64,000 bases of DNA from Longimicrobiales bacterium (GTDB lineage Bacteria > Gemmatimonadota > Gemmatimonadetes > Longimicrobiales > RSA9), in contig DATHVP010000062.1 in assembly GCA_035461245.1 (NCBI GenBank), positions 3,956-67,955 on the forward strand, given 5' to 3'. The translations under genes and the position numbers were made by a program. Every line of letters starts with the position of its first letter. The first letter of the stretch is position 1. Below are positions 7,344 through 16,599 of this stretch, one piece after another. Under the pieces are notes generated by a model. It searched no databases. It was not told the origin of the DNA and saw only the letters and a list, made by a program, of their open reading frames with translations.

Positions 7344-10265
7344 CTATTGCCTGCCGGCTGCATCCGGCACGACAGCGCCGTGCCCGCTGCGCCGGGGGTC
7401 GGCGGCGGCCTCCACCCAGCCGTCACCGATGAGCACCGCCGCGCCGTAGCCCATGCGCAGCTCCCCCAGCAGCGAGATGGGCTGGAACGCGTGGCCCATG
7501 GCCTCGAGTTCGCGAATGACTGACGGCGCGAAGCCCTGCTCCATCTGCATGACCCGGCCGCCCGCCAGGATGCGCGGCAGTTCCAGCGCCTGCTGCGCCG
7601 TGAGGCCATGGTCCACGATGCCCGCCACTGCCTGATAGACCGCCGCGGAGATCCAGGCGTTGCCTGCCGCACCCACGCCGAACCACGCCCGCCGCGCCGG
7701 GCCCGAGCCCCGGAACACGATGGTGGGCGTGATGATGGTCGTGGTGCGCGCCCCCGGCCGCCGTGAGTTCACCGCGTCCGGGTTGCCGCCGTAGGAGCGC
7801 AGCTTGTCGTTGTACAGGAACCCGAGCCCGGGCGTGACGTGGAAGTTGCCGCCCCACGTGCCCAGCGTCTGCGTCACGCTCACCACGTTGCCGTCCGCGT
7901 CCGCCACCACGAACGCCGTGGTGCCCGTGCCCTGACAGTCCCGGTCATACATGAGACACTCCTCGGGCGACGTCGTGGCCGCCTGCCACGGAGCGCCATC
8001 CGGGGACGACGCCATTCCGTCCACACCTGGTGCGGACGCCGCCGGCGCACCCCGCTCCGGCGACGTCCGCCCGTCCGGCCGACCGCAGTCCTCCCGGCTG
8101 CCGGCGCCCGGCGGGCTCGCCTGGCGCGGGTCGAAGCAGCGCCACCGGGCGGCTGCGGTGTCCTTGCTCTCGAATGGCGTGAGGTCCACCGGCCAGATAT
8201 CCGGGTCGCCCACGCGGCCGCCCGTCCCCGGCTGGAGCTTCCACGCCTCGATGAGGGCATGCAGCGTGGCCGCGTCCTGCGTGATGGAGGTGCCCGGCTC
8301 CGCCAGCTCCAGCAGGTTCAGCCGCCCGGCGAGCTGGACGCCGCCGGTGATGGGCGGCGGGCCGGAGAACACGTCATTGCCCCGGTACGTGGTGTGGACG
8401 GGACGTCGCTCCACCGCCGTGTAGTTCGCCAGGTCCTCCAGCGTCATCAGGTTCCCGCCGGCGCCCAGGTCCGCCGCCATCCGCCGGGCCACCTCGCCGC
8501 GATAGAACGCATCGGCGCCGTGCTCGGCGATCTGCCGCAGCGTCCACCCCTGGTCCGGGTTGCGCAGCGTGTCGCCCGTGGCCAGCGGCTCGCCGTCGGG
8601 GAAGAAGAGCGCCATGGCGCCGGGTGAGCCCTCGAACCGCAGCCGCTCCCTGCGCAGCGTGGTGGCGAAGCCGTCGCTGATGGGGTAGCCGTCTTCCGCC
8701 AGCCGGATGGCCGGCTCCACCAGCCGCGCCCACGGCACGTCCCCGCTGCCGTACTGCCGCCACGCCAGCTCCATCCCCGCCACCGTGCCCGGCACGATGG
8801 CCACTGCGGCGCCGGAACGGGGCAGCGCATCAATGACCGGATTGTCGAGTGTGGCCCCCGCCGGCAGGCGGGTGGAGAACTCGATGGCCGTGGGCTGCGC
8901 CATGCCCTCCCTGTGGATGAGCATCTCGCCGTAGCCGCCGATGCCGCTGGCGTCCGGCTCGACGACGCTCAGCGCAAACGAGACGGCCACCGCCGCGTCC
9001 ACCACGTTGCCGCCCAGCGCCAGGATCTCCGCACCGGCTTCACTGGCCAGCGGGTGGGCGCTGGACACGCCCGCCCGGCCCACGGCGCCCTGCCCCACCG
9101 GCCGCTCTGCCAGCATGGCGCCGATGGCGTCCTCCACCCCGGCGTCATCAGCGGCCCGGACTGCCCCGTCACGGTGTTTCAGACCCACTCGGCGCCATGC
9201 CGCCAACCCCTCGCCTTCGGCTGCGCCCGGTTCGGCGTCCAGCCCCGGGCCGTCCGCCAGGCCGTAGTACAGTCGCGCCACGCGTGTCCAGACGCGGTCA
9301 TACGCCGCGACGTTGCGCCCTGCCCGTGCTTCGGCGTCGTCAACGACAGGCAGCGTCACGGTCACAGCGGCCGGAGGTGGCACCGGCGCCGGCACACGGT
9401 GCAGTCCGCCGGACGCGCCGATGATGTCGCCCGCCAGGCGCTCGCCCAGACGGTCGGGGTCGCCGTTGTAGCCACCGTCGCCGCCGTCGAGACTCGCCAG
9501 CAGGAGCCACTGCCCGTCCGGCGACCAGGCCGGCGCGCCCGCCATGGCCGCCGCCGTCTGTGAACTGCCGCCGTCGGCGTCCACCACCCACGTCGCGCCA
9601 TCCTGACCCGTGACGGCGTAGGCGAGGCGGGCGCCGTCGGGCGACCAGACGGGACGGCGCGCCTGGCGCCCGGTGACAATGGCCGCGGTCCCGGCGCCAT
9701 CCACGTGCATGACCCGCAACTCGCTGGCACTGCCGCGCATGGCCACGTACGCGATGCGCCCCCCGTCCGGCGACCATGCCGGCTCCCGCTCCGCGCCGGA
9801 CTCCTCCGTCAGGCGCCGTTCCGTGCCGTCCACGCCCAGTACCCACAGGTCCGCGTCACCGCCCAGCCCACGGGCAAAGACGATTGCGCCATCGGGGCCC
9901 ACGTGGGGATCGAGATCGTGTTCACGCGACGTCGTCAGGCGAACGACGGGTGCGTCTTCCCCCGACGTCGCAAGTTCCACCCGCCAGAGATCGATGCCGC
10001 CCGCCCGGTCCGAGCTGAAGACCAGCGCCGTGCCGTCCGGTGTCCACGCCGGGTCACGGTCCCAGGCCGGTCCGAACGTGACCTGCCGTGCGCTGGCCCA
10101 GCCGCCGTCATCATCGGGCTCCAGCACCCACAGGCTCCCAGCGATGGAGACGGCCAGGCGGCCGTCCTCGGAGTACGCCGGCGAGCGCACGCCCCCCACG
10201 TCTTGTGCGGGGGACCATGCGGCGAGAAGCGCGCACGAGACGGCGAGCATCAGGGCTCGTCGCAT
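7344..10265 (-). CDS. ggt: Fusion protein: N-terminal TolB-like PD40 beta-propeller plus C-terminal gamma-glutamyltransferase
   Basis: ORF 7344..10949. Start moved to ATG 10263-10265, preceded by GGAGG, giving signal peptide MRRALMLAVSCALLAAWSPAQD. Several P(A/V)WSPDG PD40 repeats are followed by GGT blocks (VSSAHPLASEAGAEILALGGNVVDAAVA, GTGTTAFVVADADGNVVSVTQTLG). Confidence 0.8.
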   Translation of the reverse strand: MRRALMLAVSCALLAAWSPAQDVGGVRSPAYSEDGRLAVSIAGSLWVLEPDDDGGWASARQVTFGPAWDRDPAWTPDGTALVFSSDRAGGIDLWRVELATSGEDAPVVRLTTSREHDLDPHVGPDGAIVFARGLGGDADLWVLGVDGTERRLTEESGAEREPAWSPDGGRIAYVAMRGSASELRVMHVDGAGTAAIVTGRQARRPVWSPDGARLAYAVTGQDGATWVVDADGGSSQTAAAMAGAPAWSPDGQWLLLASLDGGDGGYNGDPDRLGERLAGDIIGASGGLHRVPAPVPPPAAVTVTLPVVDDAEARAGRNVAAYDRVWTRVARLYYGLADGPGLDAEPGAAEGEGLAAWRRVGLKHRDGAVRAADDAGVEDAIGAMLAERPVGQGAVGRAGVSSAHPLASEAGAEILALGGNVVDAAVAVSFALSVVEPDASGIGGYGEMLIHREGMAQPTAIEFSTRLPAGATLDNPVIDALPRSGAAVAIVPGTVAGMELAWRQYGSGDVPWARLVEPAIRLAEDGYPISDGFATTLRRERLRFEGSPGAMALFFPDGEPLATGDTLRNPDQGWTLRQIAEHGADAFYRGEVARRMAADLGAGGNLMTLEDLANYTAVERRPVHTTYRGNDVFSGPPPITGGVQLAGRLNLLELAEPGTSITQDAATLHALIEAWKLQPGTGGRVGDPDIWPVDLTPFESKDTAAARWRCFDPRQASPPGAGSREDCGRPDGRTSPERGAPAASAPGVDGMASSPDGAPWQAATTSPEECLMYDRDCQGTGTTAFVVADADGNVVSVTQTLGTWGGNFHVTPGLGFLYNDKLRSYGGNPDAVNSRRPGARTTTIITPTIVFRGSGPARRAWFGVGAAGNAWISAAVYQAVAGIVDHGLTAQQALELPRILAGGRVMQMEQGFAPSVIRELEAMGHAFQPISLLGELRMGYGAAVLIGDGWVEAAADPRRSGHGAVVPDAAGRQ

Positions 10266-10316
10266 GCGACCTCCAGAGGTTGCAGTGATTCCGGTTCTGC
10301 ATTCAATTTGGGGACA

Positions 10317-11954
10317 ATGCGTGCTCCCCGCATCTTCCCGGTCCTGCTCGGCCTCGCGCTGCTGCTGTCCGCTGCCGCACCCGCGGCGGCGCCTGCCTCC
10401 GTGCGCGAGGCCATGGAGAGCATTCGCGAACCGGCCATTCGCGCACACCTGGCCTTCCTCGCCGATGATCTGCTGGAGGGCCGCGCCACCGGCTCCAGGG
10501 GCGGCGCCATCGCCGCTCGCTACATCGCCGCGCAGCTCGCCGCGTCCGGTGTCGAGCCCATCGGGGACAGCTACTACCAGACGGTGCCCCTCAACGGGTG
10601 GCGGGCCCGGCCCCAGCGCACGCACCTCGACTTCACCGCCGGCCAGCGCACCCTGGCGCTGCAGTATGGCGATGATGCAGTGATCTGGACCGCCGGTGGC
10701 GCCGACTCGGCCAGTGTGACGGGCGAGGTCGTGTTCATCGGCTACGGCGTAACGGCGCCGGAGTATGACTGGGATGACTTCAAGGGTCGGGACCTGACCG
10801 GCCGCATCGCCGTCGTGCTGGTGCCGGACCCGCCGGCACCGCCGCAGCATGACATATTCGACGGCCGCGCCATGAGCTTCTACGGACGCTGGACGTACAA
10901 GGTGGAGGAGGCCGCCCGCCGGGGCGCCGCCGCCGTGCTCGTCGTCCACACCCCCGACGGGGCGGGCTACTCCTGGGGCGTCGTCCGGTCATCATTCACG
11001 GGCGAGCAGCTGTCACTGCGCGGCGGGACCCAGCCACCGCGGCCGGTGCTGCAGGGCTGGGTATCCCTCGACGCTGCCCGACGCATGTTCGCACTTGGCA
11101 ATCACAACCTGAGCGAACTGTACGTACGCGCCGCCCGTCGGGACTTCCAGCCGTTGTTCACGGGCATCACCGCCTCCATCCGCACCACCGGTACGGTGCG
11201 CCGGCTCCAGTCCGCGAACGTGGTGGGGATGGTGACAGGAAGGCACCCGACGCGCCGGAACGATGCCGTCATCTACACGGCGCATTATGATGGCCTCGGC
11301 ATCGGCGCGCCCGCCAACGGTGACTCCATCTACAACGGCGCGTACGACAACGCCAGCGGTGTGGCGGCGCTCCTCGAGATCGCGCGGGCCTTCGCGTCGC
11401 TGGACACCCCACCGGACCGCAGCGTCGTGTTCCTCTTCCCCACCGCTGAAGAGGCCGGACTCCTCGGCTCCACCTGGTATACGCAGCAGCCACTCGTACC
11501 GATGCAGCGCACTGTGGCGGCTCTCAACCTGGACGGCGTGAATATCTGGGGTGAGACCGAGGACGTCGGTGGCGTCGGCCTCGAGCGCTCAACTCTCGGC
11601 GTCGCCTTCGAGCGCCAGGCGGCAGTCCTCGGTCTGCGGGTCACCGGCGAACGCGCGCCGGAAAAAGGGTTCTTCTTCCGGTCTGACCACTTCCCGTTCG
11701 CACGGGCGGGTGTCCCTGCGCTCTTCATCGATCACGGCGTGACGTTCCGGAACCGGCCGCCCGACTGGGGCATCAACATCCTCAGCCGCTTCGAAGCCGA
11801 CCGCTACCACCTGCCCGGGGACCGTTATGAGCCGGGCATCGACCTGGCCGGCGCCGTGCAGCAGGCCCGCCTGGCGTTCCTCGTCGGGCACGACGTGGCC
11901 AGTGCGGCGGAACGGCCCCGCTGGTACCCCGGGGCGACGATCCCCAGGCCCTAG
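10317..11954 (+). CDS. Secreted M28-family aminopeptidase with PA domain
   Basis: ORF 9705..11954. Start at the in-frame ATG 10317 with signal peptide MRAPRIFPVLLGLALLLSAAAPAAA. M28 blocks: YTAHYDGLG, YNGAYDNASGVAALLE, FLFPTAEEAGLLGS, RSDHFPFARAGVPAL. Confidence 0.8.
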   Translation: MRAPRIFPVLLGLALLLSAAAPAAAPASVREAMESIREPAIRAHLAFLADDLLEGRATGSRGGAIAARYIAAQLAASGVEPIGDSYYQTVPLNGWRARPQRTHLDFTAGQRTLALQYGDDAVIWTAGGADSASVTGEVVFIGYGVTAPEYDWDDFKGRDLTGRIAVVLVPDPPAPPQHDIFDGRAMSFYGRWTYKVEEAARRGAAAVLVVHTPDGAGYSWGVVRSSFTGEQLSLRGGTQPPRPVLQGWVSLDAARRMFALGNHNLSELYVRAARRDFQPLFTGITASIRTTGTVRRLQSANVVGMVTGRHPTRRNDAVIYTAHYDGLGIGAPANGDSIYNGAYDNASGVAALLEIARAFASLDTPPDRSVVFLFPTAEEAGLLGSTWYTQQPLVPMQRTVAALNLDGVNIWGETEDVGGVGLERSTLGVAFERQAAVLGLRVTGERAPEKGFFFRSDHFPFARAGVPALFIDHGVTFRNRPPDWGINILSRFEADRYHLPGDRYEPGIDLAGAVQQARLAFLVGHDVASAAERPRWYPGATIPRP

Positions 11955-11958
11955 AGGC

Positions 11959-12720
11959 TTAGAGGCCGGTCGGGTGATCGATGAACTCCCACGGGAGGCC
12001 GAGTGTCTGCTCCATGTACTCCGCCAGCGCCCGCACCCCCCACGTTTCCGTGGCGTAGTGACCGCCATAGAACACGTTGATGCCGCCTTCCTCCGCATCG
12101 AAATGCGTGTGATGAGCGCCCTCGCCCGTTATGAATGCGTCCAGGCCGGCCTCGATGGCGGCCTCGATCATGCTGCCGGCCCCGCCGGTGATGACGCCCA
12201 CGTCACGGATGTCATCCGGACCGAACGGCATGACATGGACGGTGCCTCCCAGCACCTCCTTCAGCCGCGTTTCCAGGCCGCTGCGCGTCATGCTGGTCCT
12301 GCCGCGAAAACCCAGTGGTTCGCCCTGGTAGTCGCCAAAACGCCCGTCCGGCTCCACCCCCAGCGCCCGCAGCAGCACCACGTTGTTGCCGACCGTGGGG
12401 TGGACGTCCAGCGGGAGGTGTGACGAATACACGGCCACGTCAGCGTCCAGTAGCGCCTTCAGGCGCTGGTACCGCCGGCCCGTGACAGCCCGGGGCCCCT
12501 CCCAGAACAGCCCGTGATGCACCACCAGAAGATCGCAGCCGCGCCTCACGCATTCCGCTACCGTCCGAACCGACGCGTCCACCGCCACTGCCACCCGGCT
12601 CACCTTCCCGCTGTTCTCCACCTGGAGGCCATTCAGCGCACCGGCATAGTCCTTCACCTCATCATGCCGGAGGTACTCGTCAAGGTGAGCAACCAACTCA
12701 CTAAGGTGTACACCTGCCAT
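11959..12720 (-). CDS. Nif3-like dinuclear metal centre protein (YbgI/GTP cyclohydrolase 1 type 2 family)
   Basis: ORF 11959..12720. Nif3 blocks: DYAGALNGLQVENSGKV, LLVVHHGLFW, YSSHLPLDVHP, ITGEGAHHT, YGGHYATE. Confidence 0.85.
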   Translation of the reverse strand: MAGVHLSELVAHLDEYLRHDEVKDYAGALNGLQVENSGKVSRVAVAVDASVRTVAECVRRGCDLLVVHHGLFWEGPRAVTGRRYQRLKALLDADVAVYSSHLPLDVHPTVGNNVVLLRALGVEPDGRFGDYQGEPLGFRGRTSMTRSGLETRLKEVLGGTVHVMPFGPDDIRDVGVITGGAGSMIEAAIEAGLDAFITGEGAHHTHFDAEEGGINVFYGGHYATETWGVRALAEYMEQTLGLPWEFIDHPTGL

Positions 12721-12752
12721 TATGGCATGCTCCTGGGAGGCGTGTGCGAGAA

Positions 12753-12862
12753 TGTGGACAACAGGGGGTCAGTTATCAACACGCGATTGTCCAAGATTCC
12801 GACATGTGGGTTAAGTCGTTGCTATGAAACGCGTTTACGAGTTGCCTACAAAATGTGGACAA
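12753..12862. promoter_or_regulatory. Cluster of DnaA-box-like 9-mers in a locally AT-richer intergenic region
   Basis: TGTGGACAA at 12753-12761 and 12854-12862, both inside the identical 11-mer AATGTGGACAA. TTATCAACA at 12773-12781. Weaker TTGTCCAAG at 12787-12795 and TGTGGGTTA at 12805-12813. Confidence 0.45.
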
Positions 12863-12880
12863 TTTGCCGTCGAGGGCCGG

Positions 12881-12910
12881 AAAAAGGGCTGCGACGGTGG
12901 GTCGCAGCCC
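12881..12910 (-). terminator. Intrinsic terminator of the parA-parB-M23-bactofilin operon
   Basis: The minus strand reads GGGCTGCGAC-CCACC-GTCGCAGCCC followed by TTTTT, 53 nt after the bactofilin stop. Confidence 0.75.
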
Positions 12911-12963
12911 TCGGAGAGCCGGTGATCCGGGCTTGCCCGGCCCCGTGGGACGGTTTGCCGGGA

Positions 12964-13416
12964 TCAGCTCGCCACCGCCGGCTGCGGCTGCCCTGGCGTT
13001 TCGGCCCCGGCGGTGCGAGCCTCGCCGGTTTGCACGGTGCCATTGACACGACCGCCCTCGTCGAGCTTGATCCGACGGGACCGGATCTCGCCTTCCACTA
13101 CGCAGGTTGCCTGTAGCTCCAGCCTGCTCTCCGCGACGATGGCGCCGGTTACCCGCCCGCCGACGATGGCGTCCTGCGTGAGGACGTCGCCCTGGACGGA
13201 CCCGTCCTTGCCTATGACCACCGCCTTGCCTGCCCGGACCGTGCCTTCCACGTGGCCCTCGATCCGCAGAGTGCCGTCCGTTTCGCAGTCACCCTTGACC
13301 CGCATGCCGGGCCCTATGATGGAGATGACATTATCACGGGCCTGCTGCTCTTTGGGAGATTCCTTCGCCATTTTGCCGTCGCTGCCGTTTGAGGTTTTCC
13401 TGCCGAAGATTGCCAT
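12964..13416 (-). CDS. Bactofilin (polymer-forming cytoskeletal protein)
   Basis: ORF 12964..13416. Beta-helical bactofilin repeats (IIGPGMRVKGDCETDGTLRIEGHVEGTV..., VQGDVLTQDAIVGGRVTGAI...) with disordered N and C tails. Confidence 0.85.
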   Translation of the reverse strand: MAIFGRKTSNGSDGKMAKESPKEQQARDNVISIIGPGMRVKGDCETDGTLRIEGHVEGTVRAGKAVVIGKDGSVQGDVLTQDAIVGGRVTGAIVAESRLELQATCVVEGEIRSRRIKLDEGGRVNGTVQTGEARTAGAETPGQPQPAVAS

Positions 13417-13421
13417 GGTGC

Positions 13422-14231
13422 TCAGGGTTGCCGCACGAATCGGAGGGGATCCATCGCCCGCCCGCCGACCCGGACTTCGAAGTGAAGGTGAGGAGCGGTG
13501 GACCGCCCCGTGGACCCGGTCAGGGCAATGACCTGTCCCTCTTCCACGGTGTCACCGGCCGTGACCAGGAGTCTGGAAGCGTGTCCGTAGACCGATTCCA
13601 CGGTGGAGCCGTGATCAATGACCACGTACTGGCCGTAAACGTCATCCACGCCCGCGACTCGCACCCGGCCGGAACCCGCCGCCCTGATCTGCGCGTTCTG
13701 CGCCGTGGCGATGTCCAGCCCCGGATGCTGGGAACCGCCGGTGTTGAGGGTGCGGGTAATGAACCCGGGTGTTGTGAGAGGCCACTGGCGGATAAGAGAC
13801 GTGGCGGCGCTGATGGCCGCCGCGTCCGGCTCGCTGTTTTCGGTTCGATTGGTATCACCCCGAAGCGGAGGAAGGATGGGATCCGTGTCCCCCGTCGCCG
13901 GCGCATCCGCACCCAGCAGCTGACGCACCCGTTCGTACTGGGCTTCCACTTCCTCGAGGGTGCGGGCGAGTTCCGCGACCCGGGCGCGCTCGCTGTCCAG
14001 CAGACGGAGTTCTGCCTCCAGCCCGGGCACCCGCGCGGCCTGGGCCATCACCGGGAACAGGATTGCCAGCGTCACCGCCCACGCCATGACGAGGGCCACG
14101 GCCGCCACGACCAGCACCTTCAGGCGGGCGTACGATATGACGAAGCTCCTCGTCTCCAGATCACCGTGCGGTACGAAGATGATCGTGAGACGGCGCTCCT
14201 CGCCGTTCTGCGTTTCTTCAGGAGACGACAT
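13422..14231 (-). CDS. Membrane-anchored M23 (LytM-domain) peptidase with coiled coil
   Basis: ORF 13422..14231. Layout: N-terminal tail, TM (LKVLVVAAVALVMAWAVTLAILFPV), coiled coil, then an M23 domain with HPGLD and HLHFEV metal-ligand motifs. Confidence 0.85.
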   Translation of the reverse strand: MSSPEETQNGEERRLTIIFVPHGDLETRSFVISYARLKVLVVAAVALVMAWAVTLAILFPVMAQAARVPGLEAELRLLDSERARVAELARTLEEVEAQYERVRQLLGADAPATGDTDPILPPLRGDTNRTENSEPDAAAISAATSLIRQWPLTTPGFITRTLNTGGSQHPGLDIATAQNAQIRAAGSGRVRVAGVDDVYGQYVVIDHGSTVESVYGHASRLLVTAGDTVEEGQVIALTGSTGRSTAPHLHFEVRVGGRAMDPLRFVRQP

Positions 14232-15129
14232 CGCTCGCCGATTGCCCTGACAGAGTCTCGAAAATCCGCTCGAAGTCTTCGTGACTGTAGAACGGAATCT
14301 CCACCCGCCCCTTGCCCCCGCGCCCGGCGCGAATCTTTACGTCCGTCCCGAACAGGCGTTGCAGGGTCTCCTCGAGCTCGCGCTCGCCGGCATCCCGCGC
14401 CGCTGCCGCCCCCTGAGCCTTCCGGCCGGGCTTGCGGGACCGCTTCACGCGGGCTTCCACGTCGCGAACGCTCCATCCCTCCTCCGTCGCCTGGCGGGCC
14501 AGCTCTGCCATGCGATGGTCGTTCTCGAGACCCAGGAGCGCCCGGGCATGGCCGGCGCTGAGAGCACCTTCCCGAAGGAGTTGACGCACGCTGGACGGCA
14601 GTTGCAGCAGACGGAGGGAGTTGGCCACCGTGGACCGCTCCTTCCCCACCACCTCCGCTACCTGTTGCTGAGTGAGGCTGAATTCCTCCGCCAGGCGCTG
14701 GTAGCCTTCCGCCTCCTCCAGGGGGGACAGCTGCGCCCGCTGGAGATTCTCCACCAGTGCCAGCACCAGTAGCGTGCGGTCGTCTACGTCCTTTATGACG
14801 GCGGGGATTTCCTTCCAGCCGAGTCGCAGACTTGCCCGCCAGCGCCGCTCCCCTGCCACCAGCTCCCACTTCCCGTCCCCATCAGGCGCCGGACGTACCA
14901 CGATGGGCTGGAGCAGGCCGTTTTCTCTCAGCGATGCCGTCAGATCCGCCAGATCCTGCTCGGAGAATTCCCGGCGGGGCTGATAGGGGTTGGGCACGAT
15001 GCTGGCTATGGGTAGGGACTTTGCCTGCACGCGAGGCCCTGTCTCGCCCCCTTGCTGCGGGACGCCCTCCTCACCCAGGTACTCTCCCAGCAGGGCACCG
15101 AGCCCGCGCCCCAGACGGTCCCGCTTCAA
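14218..15129 (-). CDS. parB: Chromosome partitioning protein ParB/Spo0J
   Basis: ORF 14218..15129. GRGLGALL N-terminus, ParB box (NPYQPRREF, LLQPIVVR) and an HTH region. Confidence 0.9.
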   Translation of the reverse strand: MKRDRLGRGLGALLGEYLGEEGVPQQGGETGPRVQAKSLPIASIVPNPYQPRREFSEQDLADLTASLRENGLLQPIVVRPAPDGDGKWELVAGERRWRASLRLGWKEIPAVIKDVDDRTLLVLALVENLQRAQLSPLEEAEGYQRLAEEFSLTQQQVAEVVGKERSTVANSLRLLQLPSSVRQLLREGALSAGHARALLGLENDHRMAELARQATEEGWSVRDVEARVKRSRKPGRKAQGAAAARDAGERELEETLQRLFGTDVKIRAGRGGKGRVEIPFYSHEDFERIFETLSGQSASDVVS

Positions 15130-15932
15130 GAACCCTCCTCCGCCGTGGCAGCCAGGGGTTCACCGGCCTGGGGCTGCCCGATGATTTCCCTGGCCAGGGT
15201 CAGGTAGCTCTGCGCGCCAGCGGACAGTACGTCATATAGCACGATGGGCTTGCCGAAGCTCGGTGCCTCGGCCAGACGCACATTCCGGGGAATGACGCTC
15301 TCGAAGACCCGGCTGCCGAAATACTCCTTGGCCTCGTCCGCCACCTGCCGGGAGAGGTTCAACCTCTGGTCATACATGGTGAGGAGCACGCCCTCGATCT
15401 GCAGCCGCGGGTTCAGATTCTGCTGAACCAGGCGCACCGTGTTCAGGAGTTGGGAAAGGCCTTCCAGCGCGTAGAACTCGCACTGAATCGGGATGAGCAC
15501 CGTGTCAGCAGCGGCCAGGGTGTTCAGGGTGAGCAGTCCCAGGGATGGCGGACAGTCCAGCAGAATGAACTCATACTCGTCCCGTACGGCCGTCAGGGCG
15601 TTCCGGAGGATGGTCTCCCGGCCTGGCCGGTCCACCAGCTCCACCTCCGCTCCCACCAGGTCCTGGCTGGAAGGCAGGATGTCCAGAAAGGGGAAATGGA
15701 CTTTCTCCACCCGCAGGTCTGCAACGGTGGCTTCCTCCACGAGCACGTCGTACACGGATCCCCTGAGGCCGGCCCGGTCCAGGCCCATGCCGCTGGTGGC
15801 GTTTCCCTGAGGGTCCATGTCCACGATGAGAGTCCTGCGCTCTGCTACAGCCAGGCCCGCACCGAGGTTGATGGCGGTGGTGGTCTTGCCCACACCGCCC
15901 TTCTGATTCGCTATGGCAATGACGCGGGACAT
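15126..15932 (-). CDS. parA: Chromosome partitioning ATPase ParA/Soj
   Basis: ORF 15126..15956. Start at ATG 15930-15932 after GGAGG (MSRVIAIANQKGGVGKTTT, deviant Walker A). There is a 4-nt overlap with parB. Confidence 0.9.
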   Translation of the reverse strand: MSRVIAIANQKGGVGKTTTAINLGAGLAVAERRTLIVDMDPQGNATSGMGLDRAGLRGSVYDVLVEEATVADLRVEKVHFPFLDILPSSQDLVGAEVELVDRPGRETILRNALTAVRDEYEFILLDCPPSLGLLTLNTLAAADTVLIPIQCEFYALEGLSQLLNTVRLVQQNLNPRLQIEGVLLTMYDQRLNLSRQVADEAKEYFGSRVFESVIPRNVRLAEAPSFGKPIVLYDVLSAGAQSYLTLAREIIGQPQAGEPLAATAEEGS

Positions 15933-16132
15933 TCGCCTCCACGGCCCGGAATGCATCGATTGGGGGCGGGAATATAACGCGAGACCTCCCCGTTGGGGAT
16001 ACCAGCTCCGGAATTTCTTGACGGAAGACCCTTTCTGGCGGGAAATTGGCCCTCCCGGGGATCCTCCCGGCGGTGCATCATGGGCAGGGGAGAGCAGACA
16101 TGGCAGAATCCGTGACGACGGGACGGGCCGGC

Positions 16133-16597
16133 ATGCGGCTGGGCCTGGTGGCGGTATCGACGGCGATGGTAATGGCGTGTGGCGGTGACGGCACCGCCCC
16201 GGTGGATGTGATACCCGCGCAACTGGCTGGCACGTGGACCGCGGAACCGGCGTGCCTGCCCCATTGTGGCCTGACCCTGGCCTCCCTGGCGGACCCTGCG
16301 GACAGCGTCAACATCACTGCGTTCACCGGGATTGCGACGGACGTGGTGCTGACGAGGGATGGTACCTTCCGGCTGCGGAGCCGGCCGGGCCCGGACACGG
16401 CGTCCGTTGCCGCAGTGCGGGCGGAGTCCGGTATGCTCATTGTTACGGACGCCGACGGCCAGATAGATACCCTGGACTACGCGCTGAGCGGGCAGTACCT
16501 GCAGCTGGCGTTCCGGCGCACCTTCCTGGTGTTCGACTTCACCGGAGACGGCGTGATGGACCCCGCCCGTGCCCGAGGATCGTTCCAGCGGCGCTAG
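16133..16597 (+). CDS. Hypothetical lipoprotein
   Basis: ORF 16046..16597. Start at the in-frame ATG 16133 gives MRLGLVAVSTAMVMACGG (lipobox). No family recognised. Confidence 0.5.
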   Translation: MRLGLVAVSTAMVMACGGDGTAPVDVIPAQLAGTWTAEPACLPHCGLTLASLADPADSVNITAFTGIATDVVLTRDGTFRLRSRPGPDTASVAAVRAESGMLIVTDADGQIDTLDYALSGQYLQLAFRRTFLVFDFTGDGVMDPARARGSFQRR

Positions 16598-16599
16598 CG

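Noticed and set aside
10266-10949. 228-aa N-terminal extension of the GGT-fusion ORF. Analogous upstream extensions occur in ORFs 9705..11954, 42625..43947, 45892..46692, 40370..42955, 30023..30838 and 47616..49583.
   Set aside because: The extensions overlap neighbouring genes on the other strand and look like non-protein sequence. Internal ATGs give canonical signal peptides, lipoboxes or family N-termini, often with a GGAG-type ribosome-binding site.
12831-12840. GCGTTTACGA in the Nif3 upstream region as a fourth copy of the origin-region element.
   Set aside because: Only about 9 nt match, the GATCCC part is missing, and the orientation points away from the adjacent gene. It is too short to distinguish from chance.
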